Source: an uncultured Acidimicrobiia bacterium
GTDB lineage: Bacteria > Actinomycetota > Acidimicrobiia > IMCC26256 > JAENVU01
Assembly: GCA_963770095.1 (NCBI GenBank)
Contig: CAVYOO010000003.1
Location: 594,382-658,381 of the forward strand
DNA length: 64,000 nucleotides
Direction of reading: 5' to 3'
Part shown: positions 28,923 to 39,328 of the stretch, piece after piece
Numbering within the stretch: position 1 is the first letter of the stretch
Layout: the number at the start of each line of letters is the position of its first letter
Program-made: the position numbers and the translations under genes
The notes under the pieces: generated by a model
What the model was told of the DNA's origin: nothing
What the model saw: the letters and a program-made list of their open reading frames with translations, nothing else
Database searches by the model: none

Positions 28923-30108
28923 AAGATCTCCGGCGATCGGGCCCGGCGCATCGCGCTCGGGGGCGCAGGGTTTCGCGGCCTCGCGCCCGAGCGGCAAGGT
29001 CGATCGGCGCCACGTGCGCAAGGTGCTGTCGAACGTCGGCCTGATCCAGATCGACTCGGTGAATGTCGTCGTGCGCTCGCAGGAGCTGCCGCTGTTCGCT
29101 CGGCTCGGGCCGCATCGTCGGGACCTGCTCGGCGGCATGGTCGCGGACGGCGAGCTGTTCGAGTACTGGGGTCACGAGGCGTCGTTGCTCCCCATCGAGG
29201 TGTTCCCGCTCATGCGGTGGCGCATGGACGCGGCGGGGGCCAAGGCCGCGGGTTGGAGCGGGCTCGTCCGCCTGGCTACGGAACGGCCCGACTACGTCGA
29301 AGCGGTGTTCGCCGAAGTGCGGGAGCGTGGGTTGATGGCCGCCTCCGAGCTCGACGACCCCGGCGCGAAGTCGGGGCCCTGGTGGGGCTGGCGGCACGGG
29401 AAGCAGGCCCTCGAGTACCTGTTCTGGTCCGGGCGCCTCTCCGCCCGCCGCCGTAGCAGCTTCGAGCGGGTCTACGACCTGACGGAGCGGCTGATCCCGC
29501 CGGCCTGGTTCGGCGCGCCGGTGCCGACCCCGGAGCACGCGCACAAGGACCTGCTGGTTCGCGCGGCGCGGGCGCACGGCATCGGGACCGCGCGTGACCT
29601 GGCCGACTACTACCGGCTCAACGTCCCGTACGCTCGTCCCCTGTTGGAGGAGCTCGTCGCGGAGGAACGGCTGCTCCCGGCGCGCGTCGAGGGCTGGAGC
29701 CAGCCGGCCTTCGTCCATCCCGAGGCCCGCACCCCGCGCCGGATCGAAGCGCGCGCGCTGCTCTCACCGTTCGACTCCCTGATCTGGGAACGGTCGCGTA
29801 CCGAGCGCCTCTTCGACTTTCGCTACCGGCTGGAGATCTACACGCCGAAGCCGAAGCGGGTTTACGGCTACTACGTGCTGCCGTTCCTGCTCGGTGACGC
29901 GCTCGTCGCCCGGGTGGACGTCAAGGCCGAGCGGTCCGACCGGGTGTTGCGCGTGCGCGGTGCATTCGCCGAGCCGGGCCACGACGCGGCGACGATCGCG
30001 GGACCCCTCGCCGAGGAGCTCGCGCTGCTCGGAGGGTGGCTCGGACTCGATCGCGTCGTCGTCGACAACCACGGCGATCTCGCTCCCGCGCTCCGCCGCG
30101 CCACCTAG
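28893..30108 (+). CDS. Winged-helix YcaQ/AlkZ-like (DUF1006) DNA glycosylase; frameshift in GGGGG run 28959-28963
   Basis: GTG at 28893 lies inside the last repeat copy. MSEVVTPRGLKISGDRARRIAL in frame 0, then after the G5 run GAQGFAASRPSGKVDRRHVRKVLSNVGLIQIDSVNVVVRSQELPLFARLGPH (family N-terminal consensus). Rest of the 364-aa ORF intact. Confidence 0.7.
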
Positions 30109-30123
30109 CGCCGCACCACTGGT

Positions 30124-30169
30124 TTCGGGGCGGATCACCGTCGCCAGGGCAACGGTGAAACGCCCCGAA
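30124..30169. terminator. Stem-loop between convergent genes (9-bp outer stem TTCGGGGCG/CGCCCCGAA with nested 6-bp stem CACCGT/ACGGTG)
   Basis: Seen in sequence between the glycosylase stop (30108) and the VIT1 stop (30181). Confidence 0.45.
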
Positions 30170-30180
30170 TCGAGCTGTGG

Positions 30181-30879
30181 TCAGACCGCGGTGCCGACCA
30201 GCGCTCCGATCACCGCGGTGGCCGCCATCGCGAGGCCGCCGCCGATCGTGATCCGCAGCGCGGCCCGAAGCGGTGGCGCCCCACCCAGGCGGGCACCGAC
30301 GGTTCCGAGAACCGCGAGGAGCACGAGCGTGATCAGCGCGATCACCTCGATGCGCGCGCCGGACGGCGCGACCAGCGCGGCGAGCAGTGCGAGCAGCGAC
30401 CCGACTGCGAAGCTCGATGCCGATACCGCGGCCGCCTGCACCGGCCGAGCCATCGCGTTCGGGTGGATGCCGAGCTCGTCACGCACGTGGCTGCCGATGG
30501 GATCGGCCGCCATCAACGAGTCGGCGACCGCGGCGGCGAGCTCACGATCGAGGCCCCGATCCTCGTAGATCTGGGTGAGCTCCTCCAGCTCGTGCTCCGG
30601 GAAGTGGGCGAGCTCCCGGGTCTCGCGGGCGATGTCGGCCAGCTCGGTGTCGCGCTGCGAGCTCACAGACCCGAACTCGCCGGCCGCCATGGACATCGCG
30701 CCCGCGACGAGCGCGGCGATCCCGGCGACGAGCATCTGGGATCGATCGGCGTTCGCGGCGACCACGCCGATGACGAGGCTCGCAGTCGAGACGATTCCGT
30801 CCTGCGCGCCGAGGACGGCGGCCCGAAGCCAACCGATCCGCTCACCGCGATGCGTCTCACGATGGGTCCGAATGGGCAT
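30181..30879 (-). CDS. VIT1/CCC1-family Fe/Mn transporter
   Basis: WLRAAVLGAQDGIVSTASLVIGV...MSMAAGEFGSVSSQRD plus C-terminal TM bundle. Start at MPIRTHRE. Confidence 0.8.
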   Translation of the reverse strand: MPIRTHRETHRGERIGWLRAAVLGAQDGIVSTASLVIGVVAANADRSQMLVAGIAALVAGAMSMAAGEFGSVSSQRDTELADIARETRELAHFPEHELEELTQIYEDRGLDRELAAAVADSLMAADPIGSHVRDELGIHPNAMARPVQAAAVSASSFAVGSLLALLAALVAPSGARIEVIALITLVLLAVLGTVGARLGGAPPLRAALRITIGGGLAMAATAVIGALVGTAV

Positions 30880-30976
30880 CCCACCAGCATGGCGCGAGTC
30901 GGCGGCAAAGTCCGGTGCGGAGATAGCGCAACCATGCCCATACTGTGCAGGAACGCCCATCGAGAGGAGCAGGTCC

Positions 30977-33075
30977 ATGGGCATCGTCGGAACCGTCATC
31001 GTGGTGGCGTTGATCGTCCTGGTCGTCGTGTGGGTCTACAAGTCGATCCACCTGATCGGGCCGACGGAGGTCGGGCTGGTCAACAAGCGGTTCGCCTTCC
31101 GCAAGCTGCCCGCGGACAACCCGATCGCCTTCCATCACGAGGCCGGGTTCCAGGCCGCGTTGTTGATGCCGGGCCTGCGGATCAAGCTCTGGCCGATCTT
31201 CGCGGTGCAGAAGCACCCGTGGGTGCAGGTGCCGGCCGGCGAGATCGGGGTCGTCATCGCGCAGGTCGGGGACGAGCTGCCGATCGGCGCGAAGAGCGGT
31301 GTGTACCAGGAGGTCTTCGGGAACTTCTCGAACCTCGGCCAGTTCATCGAGCTCGGCGGCCAGAAGGGGGTCCAGCGCCCGGTGCTTCCTCCGGGGACGT
31401 TGATGCCGGTCCACCCGGTCGCGTTCCTGGTCCTGACGCCGCAAGCCGTGTACGGGTTGCCCGTCTCACCCGACCTGGTCAGCGCGAGCAAGGCATCGGG
31501 CGGAGTGCTCAGCCCGGCGTCGTTCGGCCTCGCCCCCGAGCAGCTGCGCGTCGTGGTGATCGCGCCGCAGGGTCCGCTCGACACGGTCGGCATCGTGACC
31601 GTGCTCGAAGGTGAGCCGTTGAGCTCCGGTGACATCGCCAGCCGCCTGGGCGGCTACGCGGACATCGCGGAGATGGAGTCGGTTGCGGACACGCCCACGT
31701 CAGAGACCGACGCGATGGTCATCGAGATCCTGCTCGGCTCGAAGAACGTCCTGCACAACAACTACCAGGACTTCCAGGCGTTCATGGAGCACGGCGGGAA
31801 GATCGGCCTGCAACACGACCCGCTGCTTTATGGCGCCTACCTGCTCAACCCGTTCCTCGTGCAGGTCGAGATGGTTCCGATGCTCGTCGTGAACCAGGGC
31901 GAGGTCGCGGTCATCAAGGCCTTCGTGGGTCTGCCGACCCTCGACACCTCGGGCACGGAGTTCAAGTTCGGCTCGATCGTGCGTCCGGGACATCGCGGCA
32001 TCTGGCAGGAGCCGCTGCGCACCGGGAAGTACCCGATCAACCCGCGCTGTTACGCCGCCGAGATCGTGCCGACGTCGATCCTGACGCTCAACTGGTCCAA
32101 GGAGACGAGCGCGTCGCACAACCTCGACGCCCAGCTGGCACCGATCGACGCGAAGAGCCGCGAGGGATTCGTCTTCTTGATCGAGCTGCAGGTGCAGATC
32201 CACGTGCCGGACACCAAGGCGCCGAAGGTGATCTCGATGGTCGGGACCATGCTCAACCTCGTGAACGAGGTGCTGCAGTCCGCCGTCGGCAACCACTTCC
32301 GCAACACGCTGCAGGACCAGCCTGCGGTCACGTTCATCGAGACCCGCATGCAGGTGCAGGTCTCGGCGCTCGAACACGTCACCGAGTATCTGCAGCTCTA
32401 CGACGTGGAGACCAAGGGCGTGTACATCCAGAACGTGCACTTCCCCCAGGAGCTCGTCGAGGTGCTCACCAAGCGCGAGATCGCCAACCAGGAGAAGGCG
32501 ACGTACGAGGAGATGCAGCGTGCGCAGACCTCGCGGATCGAGATGGAGAAGGCCAAGGGCACCGCAGACATGCAAGGGCAGCTCGCGTCGGCCCAGGTGA
32601 ACGTGGAAATCGAGCAGAACCGCGCGAACGCGCGCCAGGCGGAGGCGCAGGGCGAGGCGGCCTACGTCGAGCTGACCGGAAAGGCCGAGGCGACCCGGGT
32701 GGAGGCGATCGGTCTCGCGAACGCCACCGCCACCGAGGCGCTCGGGGTCGCGCCGCGACCGGGTTCGAAGCCCAGAAGGAGGCACTGGGCGAGACCGCGA
32801 CCGCGTTGGTGGCGGTGGCGAACGCGGTGTCGGAAGGTCACATCACGGTCGTGCCCGAAGTGCTCGTCACCGGTGGAGGCGGCAGCATCGAAGGCCTCGC
32901 GGCCACGCTCATGCGCACATTCGGTGGCAAGGGGACGGGGAACGGCAAGGATCCCGCGATCGCGCCGGCTCAGGCGACGGTGGATGCACCCCCGCCGGAC
33001 GCCGAGATCGCGGACGTCGACATGAACGCAGCTGACGTCACCAACAGTGAGCCGATTCCGCCGCCCGCGCCGTAG
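30977..33075 (+). CDS. Flotillin-like SPFH/band-7 protein (YqiK/FloT-type); frameshift at about 32745
   Basis: ATG with GAGAGGAGCAGG RBS. N-terminal TM (IVGTVIVVALIVLVVVWV), SPFH domain, long Ala/Glu/Gln coiled coil (EMEKAKGTADMQGQLASAQVNVEIEQNRANARQAEAQGEAAY). C-terminus continues in another frame (ORF 32806..33075). Confidence 0.75.
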
Positions 33076-33086
33076 CCGAACCTGCG

Positions 33087-33593
33087 ATGGACGCGACCGC
33101 GACGGAGCTGAGCGAGGTCCCTTCCGGTCCCGAACGGGAGCGGTGGGTGCCGCTCCTCGAGCTGGCGGACGAAGCTGAACCACTGCGCGGGTATCTGCAG
33201 GACGGGACTCTCTACGGGCTCGCCGCGCCCGACGGTGCACCGCGTGCCGCGATCCTCGTCGTCGAGAAATCGCCGGGGGTCGCCGAGCTGCGCGCCGTCG
33301 CAGTGGCCGAGGCGGCACAGGGCCAGGGCGTCGGGACCCTGATGGTGCACGCGACGTTGTTCGTGCTGGGCCAGCGCGGTGTGCGGAGGGCAGTCGTCGG
33401 CACGGCGAGCTCGGGCGTTCGTCAGATCGCGTTCTACCAGCGATGTGGCTTCCGGCTGTCGCACATCGAGCGCGACTACTTCTCGCCCGAGACGGGCTAC
33501 CCGGACGAGCTCACCGAGAATGGGATCCCGATCCGGGACATGGTGTGGATGGACCGCGCGGTGGGGCCGGTGTCACTGAGCGGCGAGCGCTAG
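33087..33593 (+). CDS. GNAT-family N-acetyltransferase
   Basis: AVAVAEAAQGQGVGTLMV...FYQRCGF is the acetyl-CoA binding motif A/B. Confidence 0.85.
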   Translation: MDATATELSEVPSGPERERWVPLLELADEAEPLRGYLQDGTLYGLAAPDGAPRAAILVVEKSPGVAELRAVAVAEAAQGQGVGTLMVHATLFVLGQRGVRRAVVGTASSGVRQIAFYQRCGFRLSHIERDYFSPETGYPDELTENGIPIRDMVWMDRAVGPVSLSGER

Positions 33594-33878
33594 CCGAACC
33601 AGGATCTGGTACGCCGACGGTGTGTCGCCGGCGCGCAGCCCGCGGATCGCCAGCTCCTCGCCCTCGACGGTGACGATCCCGATCCGTCCGGCGCGCACAC
33701 CGGACTTGTGCGTGATGCGCGCGAGGTCGCCAATCGGGATGACGCGAGTTCCCCTGCTGTCGACGATCACGAGCCGGTTCGTGAACGCGGAGACGAGCGC
33801 AGCGCGACCGTTGACCTTGACCGAGTTGAGGATGAGCGCGGCCTCGTCGTCCACGCCCGCACCGTATCCGCGTGTCAT
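33573..33878 (-). CDS. Small hypothetical protein (PH-like beta-rich), convergent and overlapping the GNAT 3' end by 21 bp
   Basis: Manual check shows about 88% GC3 in this minus-strand frame. NSVKVNGRAALVSAFTNRLVIVDSRGTRVIPIGDLARITHKSGVRAGRIGIVTVEGEELAIRGL. Confidence 0.45.
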   Translation of the reverse strand: MTRGYGAGVDDEAALILNSVKVNGRAALVSAFTNRLVIVDSRGTRVIPIGDLARITHKSGVRAGRIGIVTVEGEELAIRGLRAGDTPSAYQILVRLALAAQ

Positions 33879-35142
33879 ATGGTGAGCCCGTGCGCGCATT
33901 GATCTTCGGGGTCCAGCCCGATCCGCAGCCCAAGCCCGACACCGACAACCGGCTGCTCCGGGCCCTGGCCCGAACCCCCGTGAAGCTCGTCGAGATGGAC
34001 GACCCGGGGTTCCTTCGTCCGGACTGGGTGGTCACGAAGCCTCGGCTCACCGGCATCTGCGGTTCGGAGTCCAAGCAGATCTTCTTCGACTACGCGAGCT
34101 TCACCTCGAAGGACCGCGGCTCGGGCGACAACCAGGACAACCCGATGAAGAACTTTGTCTCGTTCCCCCACGTGATGGGCCACGAGGTTGTGGCGGACGT
34201 CGTCGCGATCGGGCCGGAGGCCGAAGGGCTCGAAGTCGGTGACCGGGTCGTGCTGAATCCGTGGCTCACCTGCGCGCCGCGTGGGGTCGAGCCGCGCTGC
34301 CCGGCGTGCGTCGCCGGCGACCTGAGCCAGTGCTGGTCGTTCGCGAAGGGGGACCTGGCGCCCGGGATCCACACCGGGATGTGCAAGGACGTGCCCGGCG
34401 GGTTCGGCGAGCTGATGCCGGCCCACGACTCGATGCTGTTCAAGGTGCCGGATTCGATCACGGACGAGCAGGCGGTCTTCGCGGATCCGTTCGCAGTGTC
34501 GCTCCACGGGATCACGCGGCATCCGCCACAACCCGGAAGCAAAGTGCTCGTCTACGGTGCCGGGGCGCTCGGCACGTCCGCGATCGCGATCCTGCGCGCG
34601 CTCTATCCCGACGTCGAGGTCATGGCGGTCGCCCGGTTCGACGCGCAGCGCCGGCTGGCGGAGGAGCTCGGCGCGATCACCGCCGCGCCCGAGCCGCGGG
34701 ACGCGCTGATCGAGACCATCGCGGCCTGGTCGGGTGGCGTGCTCCAACCGGCGGACGGTCTGCCGATGGCCTTCCCCGGCGGGATCGACGTGGTGTACGA
34801 CACGATCGGCGCCGCGGAGACGCTCGAGGTCGGGGCGCGGGTGCTGCGGCGCGCGGGACGCTGGTGAAGCTCGGCATGCACGGCCCGGCCCGGTGGGAGG
34901 ACACGCCGGTGTACTTCAAGGAGATCACGTTCACCGGATCCAACGCGTTCGGGTTCGAGGAGGTGGACGGCGTACGCCGGCACGGCATCGCGCACTACCT
35001 GGACCTGGTCGCTCACGACCGCATCGACCTCACACCGATGCTCACCCACACGTTCCGGCTCGACGAGTGGCGCGCCGCGTTCACCGCGCTCGCGACCCAG
35101 GACGAGAGCGGCGCGATCAAGGTCGCCATCGACCAGCGCTGA
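33872..35142 (+). CDS. Zn-dependent alcohol dehydrogenase (MDR family); frameshift in G-run at about 34851
   Basis: GICGSE, GHEVVADVVAIG, C..C..C..C structural-Zn loop, GAGALG Rossmann. C-terminal 90 aa in +1 frame (TLVKLGMHGPARWED...KVAIDQR*). Confidence 0.75.
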
Positions 35143-35223
35143 CCCCACCCCCCGTTTTGGCGCCACTTGGATTGGGACGTCCCCGCAGAAATGGCGCCAA
35201 AATCCGGGGAGGGGGGAGGGCGG

Positions 35224-36783
35224 CTAGTTGATCTGCTTGTCCCGGCCTTGCCAGTAGTCCTGGCGGAGCTTGAACTTCTGGAGCTTGCCGGTAGCGGTGC
35301 GGGCGAGCGCGTCGCGCCACTCGATGGAGGTCGGGCACTTGTAGTGCGACATGCGTTGGCGGCAGAACTCGATGAGCTCGGGCTCGGTCACCTCGTGGTC
35401 CGGCCGCAGCACGACCAGCGCCTTGACCGTCTCACCCCACCGCTCGTCGGGAACCCCGATCACCGCCGCCTCCGCGACGGCGGGGTGCTGGAAGAGACAG
35501 TCCTCCACCTCGATCGAGCTGACGTTCTCTCCGCCCGAGATGATCACGTCCTTCTTGCGGTCGGAGATGACGACGTACGCGCCGTCGAGGTCGCCGCCGT
35601 CACCGGTGTGGAACCAACCGTCGACCAGGGCCTTCGCGTTCTCCTCGGGTTGTTCCCAGTAGCCCTCGAAGACATGGTTCGATCGGGCCAGGAGCTCGCC
35701 CTCATCGTCGACGCGCATGCGGACGCCGATCGCGGGAACCCCGGCGCGGGACAGGCGGCGGGCCCGTTCGGCATCGTCGAGCTTGTCGTACTCGAGCGGC
35801 GCCCGGTTGACGGTGAGCAGCGGGGACGTCTCGGTGAGCCCGTAGATCTGCATGAACTCCCAGCCGAGCTCGGCCTCGACCCGTTCGATGACCTTCGACG
35901 GTGGCGGCGCGCCCGCGACGACGATGCGCACCTGGTCCCGGCCCGGTACGGGCGCCCCGCGTTCGTGGCGAGCGGCGCCGGCGTCGAGCGTCATCGCCAC
36001 GACCGCCGGCGCGCCGGCCAGGAACGTCACTCCTTCGCTCCCAACACGTTCGAGGATGTCGTCGCCGTCGATCTTGCGAATGACGACGTGGCGCGCCCCC
36101 ATGCCCGTCAACGCGAACGGAAGGCCCCAGCCGTTGCAGTGGAACATCGGGAGTGTGTGCAGGTAGACGTCGCGATCGTTGACACCCATGTGCCATCCGA
36201 AGGTGGCCGCGTTCAGCCAGATGTTGCGGTGCGTCAGCTGCACGCCCTTGGGTCGCGCCGTCGTCCCCGACGTGTAGTTGATGGTCGCCGTGGCGTGCTC
36301 GTCGTCACTCGTGAGTCGGGGAACACCCGCACGCCCGAAGAGCTCACCGTCGCTTGCCGTGCCCAGGACGAATCGATGTTGCACCGGGATGTCCGCAACC
36401 AGGTCCGCGTACTCCGGATCGACGAGGAGCACGGACGTGCCCGAGTGCTCGATGATGTACGCGACCTCGTCGCGGTTGAGCCGGAAGTTGATCGGGACCA
36501 GCACCCGTCCGAACGCGGGAACACCGAACAGCGCCACGAGGAATCGGGCCGAGTTGGGCGACATGATCGCCACCCGTTCTCCGGCGCCGATTCCGAGCTC
36601 GTCGAGGGTGACGGCGAGGCTCCGCGCCATCGCGGCGAGCTCCCGGTAGGTGATGCGTCCGAGACCGCCGCCCGGCGGATCCGATTCGTCGACGACGGCC
36701 TCGCGATCCGGGAACACGGTTTCGGCCCGTTCGAGGAAGTCGGTCACGGTCAACGGCACTTCCACAGCGGTTCCCCCTTGCAC
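35224..36783 (-). CDS. AMP-dependent synthetase/ligase (fatty-acyl-CoA ligase)
   Basis: YTSGTTARPKGV (AMP-binding box), YGLTE, GWFHTGDGGDLD, C-terminal GKLQKFKLR. Intact 519 aa. Confidence 0.9.
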   Translation of the reverse strand: MQGGTAVEVPLTVTDFLERAETVFPDREAVVDESDPPGGGLGRITYRELAAMARSLAVTLDELGIGAGERVAIMSPNSARFLVALFGVPAFGRVLVPINFRLNRDEVAYIIEHSGTSVLLVDPEYADLVADIPVQHRFVLGTASDGELFGRAGVPRLTSDDEHATATINYTSGTTARPKGVQLTHRNIWLNAATFGWHMGVNDRDVYLHTLPMFHCNGWGLPFALTGMGARHVVIRKIDGDDILERVGSEGVTFLAGAPAVVAMTLDAGAARHERGAPVPGRDQVRIVVAGAPPPSKVIERVEAELGWEFMQIYGLTETSPLLTVNRAPLEYDKLDDAERARRLSRAGVPAIGVRMRVDDEGELLARSNHVFEGYWEQPEENAKALVDGWFHTGDGGDLDGAYVVISDRKKDVIISGGENVSSIEVEDCLFQHPAVAEAAVIGVPDERWGETVKALVVLRPDHEVTEPELIEFCRQRMSHYKCPTSIEWRDALARTATGKLQKFKLRQDYWQGRDKQIN

Positions 36784-36899
36784 GCGCCCGACCGGTGCGG
36801 GCGGCCCGAGCGTAACGGCCGCGCTCCGTCCCCGTCCGGCCCGATATGCACGTTTCGTGAAGGGCTACCCTGAGGCTCACGGCGGCAACGGGGGGAACG

Positions 36900-39242
36900 A
36901 TGCGGCGGATCGAACGGGCGCGCGGCCGGTGCGGAGTCGTCGCGATCGCCACGGTGATCGCGCTGATCGCGTCGGGTTGCGGGTTCCTGGTGGTGGGCAA
37001 CGCCCGGCCCGGCCAGCCCGGTGACCCCCTGATCGTCACGATCCCCGCCAACGGGACCCAGCTCACTTCGGTGGCCCAGGTGCCGGTCGTCATCGACCTG
37101 CCGAAGGTCCAGCCCGCGTCCGTCAGGGTCACCCTCATGACGGGAAGCCAGTTCGGTCACGACATCGACGTCACGAGCCGCTTCACCGTCGCGGGGCGGA
37201 CCGCGACTGCGACGTTCGGTGCGGCCGACATCGCGGCCGGACTCAGCCGCCTGGCGGTCAGCGCGATCCCCGACTCGGGTGGCGAACGGATCACCCGTGA
37301 CTCGGTGTGGTCCTACGAACCGGCGATCGACGTCTCCGCGGCAGACCACTGTGAGTTCCTGGGCCAGAGCCGGTGCCAACTCCCGTTCCCCAGCAACTGG
37401 TTCACGGTCGCGGACCCGTCGGCGCCCACCGGCCGGCGCGTCCACTTCGGCGCCGCGACCTGGACCCCGGTGGAGGGTTCCGCGCCGCCGATCGACCCGA
37501 CCGAGTACAACCGCAACGACGGCTTCTCGCCGGGCGCGGCGATCGTGCTGCTCGTGCCGGATGTCGACCTGCTGAAGAGTGGTGCGGCTCCGATCACCGA
37601 CATCGCGCGGTCGCTCGATCCCGGCCAGCCGATCGTCCTGCTCGACGCGACGACCGGTGAGCGTTGGCCGTTCTTCTCCGAGCTCGACGCGAACGCGACG
37701 AGCGACGCGTCCCGGACTCTCATCATCCGGCCGGCCCGCAACTTCCCGTCGGGGCACCGCATCGTGGTCGGGCTCAGCAATCTCAAGCGCGCGAACGGGA
37801 GCATCATCCCGGCGAGCCGCGCCTTCGAGGTGTACCGCGACCTGATCCCCACATTCATCCCCCGGGTCGAGCAGCGGCGGGCGTCGATGAACGACACGAT
37901 CCACGCGCTCGAGGGCGCGGGCGTCGATCGCCACGGGCTCTACCTCGCCTGGGACTTCACGGTCGCGTCGGACGAGAACATCACCGCTCGTTCGCTGCAC
38001 ATCAGAGACGACGCGTTCGCCTCGTTGCAGGGCGGCGCACCGTCGTTCACGGTCACGACCGTCCAGGACGACGTGAGCCCGACGATCTGGCGTCGGGTCA
38101 GCGGGACCTACGCGGTGCCCCAGTACCTGACCGGCGACGGAGGGCCCGGGACGCGGTTCAACTACGCGCCCGGAGCCGGCAAGGACGCACTGCCGGTACG
38201 CAACGGCACCTACAACGCTTCGTTCATCTGCAACATCCCGCGTGCGACGACAACGAACGGAGCCGACCCCGTCACTCCCGGGCGCGCGATTGTCTACGGG
38301 CACGGCCTGCTGGGCAGCAGCACCGAGGTCAACTCCTTCGGCACCCAGGCGAACGAGTTCAATGCGGTCATGTGCGCGACTCCCTGGATCGGGATGTCGA
38401 GCGAGGACGTGGCGAACGTCGCCGGGATTCTCCTGGACCTCAACGGCTTCCCGACGCTGGCGGACCGGCTGCAGCAGAGCTTCCTGAACATGCAGTTCCT
38501 GGCCCGGGTGATGAAGGATCCGAACGGCTTCGTGACCAACGCCGCGTTCCGGGCCGGCGCACCGTCGAAGCCGGTCATCAAGACCGGCGAGGCCTTCTTC
38601 AACGGCAACAGCCAGGGCGGCATCCTCGGCGGCGCGGTGACCGCGCTCTCCAAGGAATGGACCCGCGCGGTCCTCGGTGTTCCCGCGATGAACTACTCGA
38701 CGCTGTTGATGCGCAGCGTCGACTGGGACGAGTTCAGTGCGATCATGAAGCAGGCGTATCCCGACGAGGTGGACCAGCTCGTCGGCCTCTCGCTGATCCA
38801 GATGCTCTGGGACCGCGGCGAGAACGACGGCTATGCGTCGCGGATGACGTCGAACCCGCTGCCCGGTTCTCCCGCGCACGAGATCATGCTGCTCGAGGCG
38901 TTCGGCGACCACCAGGTGGCCAACGTCGCGACGGAGGTGCAGGCCCGCAGCGTTCCGGGGATGCACGTGTGGCAGCCCGCGCTCGCGCCGGGGCGGAGCA
39001 CGGATGTGTCGCCGATGTGGGGAATCCCCGCGGTGCCGTCCACGCCGTTCTCCGGCAGCGTGCTCGTCGACTGGGATTACGGCACGCCGGCACCGCCGAT
39101 CACGAACACACCTAACCGCGCCGGCGATGATCCGCACGGCGCGGGCGGATCGAACCCGTTGCTGCTGCAACAGGTGAACGCGTTCCTGCGCACCAACGGC
39201 ACCTTCGTCGACGTCTGCAACAACGGCCCCTGCCAAGGCTGA
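36900..39242 (+). CDS. Large secreted lipoprotein with C-terminal alpha/beta-hydrolase-like (lipase/esterase-type) domain
   Basis: Lipobox LIASGCG. 780 aa intact. GHGLLGSS oxyanion-like and GNSQGG (GxSxG) nucleophile elbow, late GDHQVAN His. The N-terminal 400 aa is unrecognised. Confidence 0.7.
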   Translation: MRRIERARGRCGVVAIATVIALIASGCGFLVVGNARPGQPGDPLIVTIPANGTQLTSVAQVPVVIDLPKVQPASVRVTLMTGSQFGHDIDVTSRFTVAGRTATATFGAADIAAGLSRLAVSAIPDSGGERITRDSVWSYEPAIDVSAADHCEFLGQSRCQLPFPSNWFTVADPSAPTGRRVHFGAATWTPVEGSAPPIDPTEYNRNDGFSPGAAIVLLVPDVDLLKSGAAPITDIARSLDPGQPIVLLDATTGERWPFFSELDANATSDASRTLIIRPARNFPSGHRIVVGLSNLKRANGSIIPASRAFEVYRDLIPTFIPRVEQRRASMNDTIHALEGAGVDRHGLYLAWDFTVASDENITARSLHIRDDAFASLQGGAPSFTVTTVQDDVSPTIWRRVSGTYAVPQYLTGDGGPGTRFNYAPGAGKDALPVRNGTYNASFICNIPRATTTNGADPVTPGRAIVYGHGLLGSSTEVNSFGTQANEFNAVMCATPWIGMSSEDVANVAGILLDLNGFPTLADRLQQSFLNMQFLARVMKDPNGFVTNAAFRAGAPSKPVIKTGEAFFNGNSQGGILGGAVTALSKEWTRAVLGVPAMNYSTLLMRSVDWDEFSAIMKQAYPDEVDQLVGLSLIQMLWDRGENDGYASRMTSNPLPGSPAHEIMLLEAFGDHQVANVATEVQARSVPGMHVWQPALAPGRSTDVSPMWGIPAVPSTPFSGSVLVDWDYGTPAPPITNTPNRAGDDPHGAGGSNPLLLQQVNAFLRTNGTFVDVCNNGPCQG

Positions 39243-39250
39243 CCCGACCG

Positions 39251-39316
39251 CCCCACTCGTTTCGGGGAGCAAATCGGTCGCTATAGCGACCTGTGCGCTC
39301 CCCGAAACGAGTGGGG
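39251..39316. terminator. Long stem-loop: perfect 20-bp inverted repeat (CCCCACTCGTTTCGGGGAGC / GCTCCCCGAAACGAGTGGGG) enclosing a 16-bp palindrome GGTCGCTATAGCGACC
   Basis: Seen in sequence immediately after the lipoprotein stop (39242) and overlapping the nominal start of the next ORF. Confidence 0.5.
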
Positions 39317-39328
39317 TACGGTCCGGGC

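Noticed and set aside
30663-30941. Short ORFs inside the VIT1/flotillin overlap region and the 5' 130 codons of ORF 30575..33025
   Set aside because: Wrong-frame or antisense translation of the VIT1 gene. The flotillin starts at the ATG at 30977, which has a good RBS.
36750-39272. 840-aa minus-strand ORF, plus other very long antisense ORFs (1910..3052-, 3925..5091-, 9492..10677-, 46009..47913+, 28537..29718-)
   Set aside because: Arg/Asp/Gly-rich low-complexity products with no motifs. Each is antisense to a well-supported gene. Long open frames are expected by chance at this GC content.
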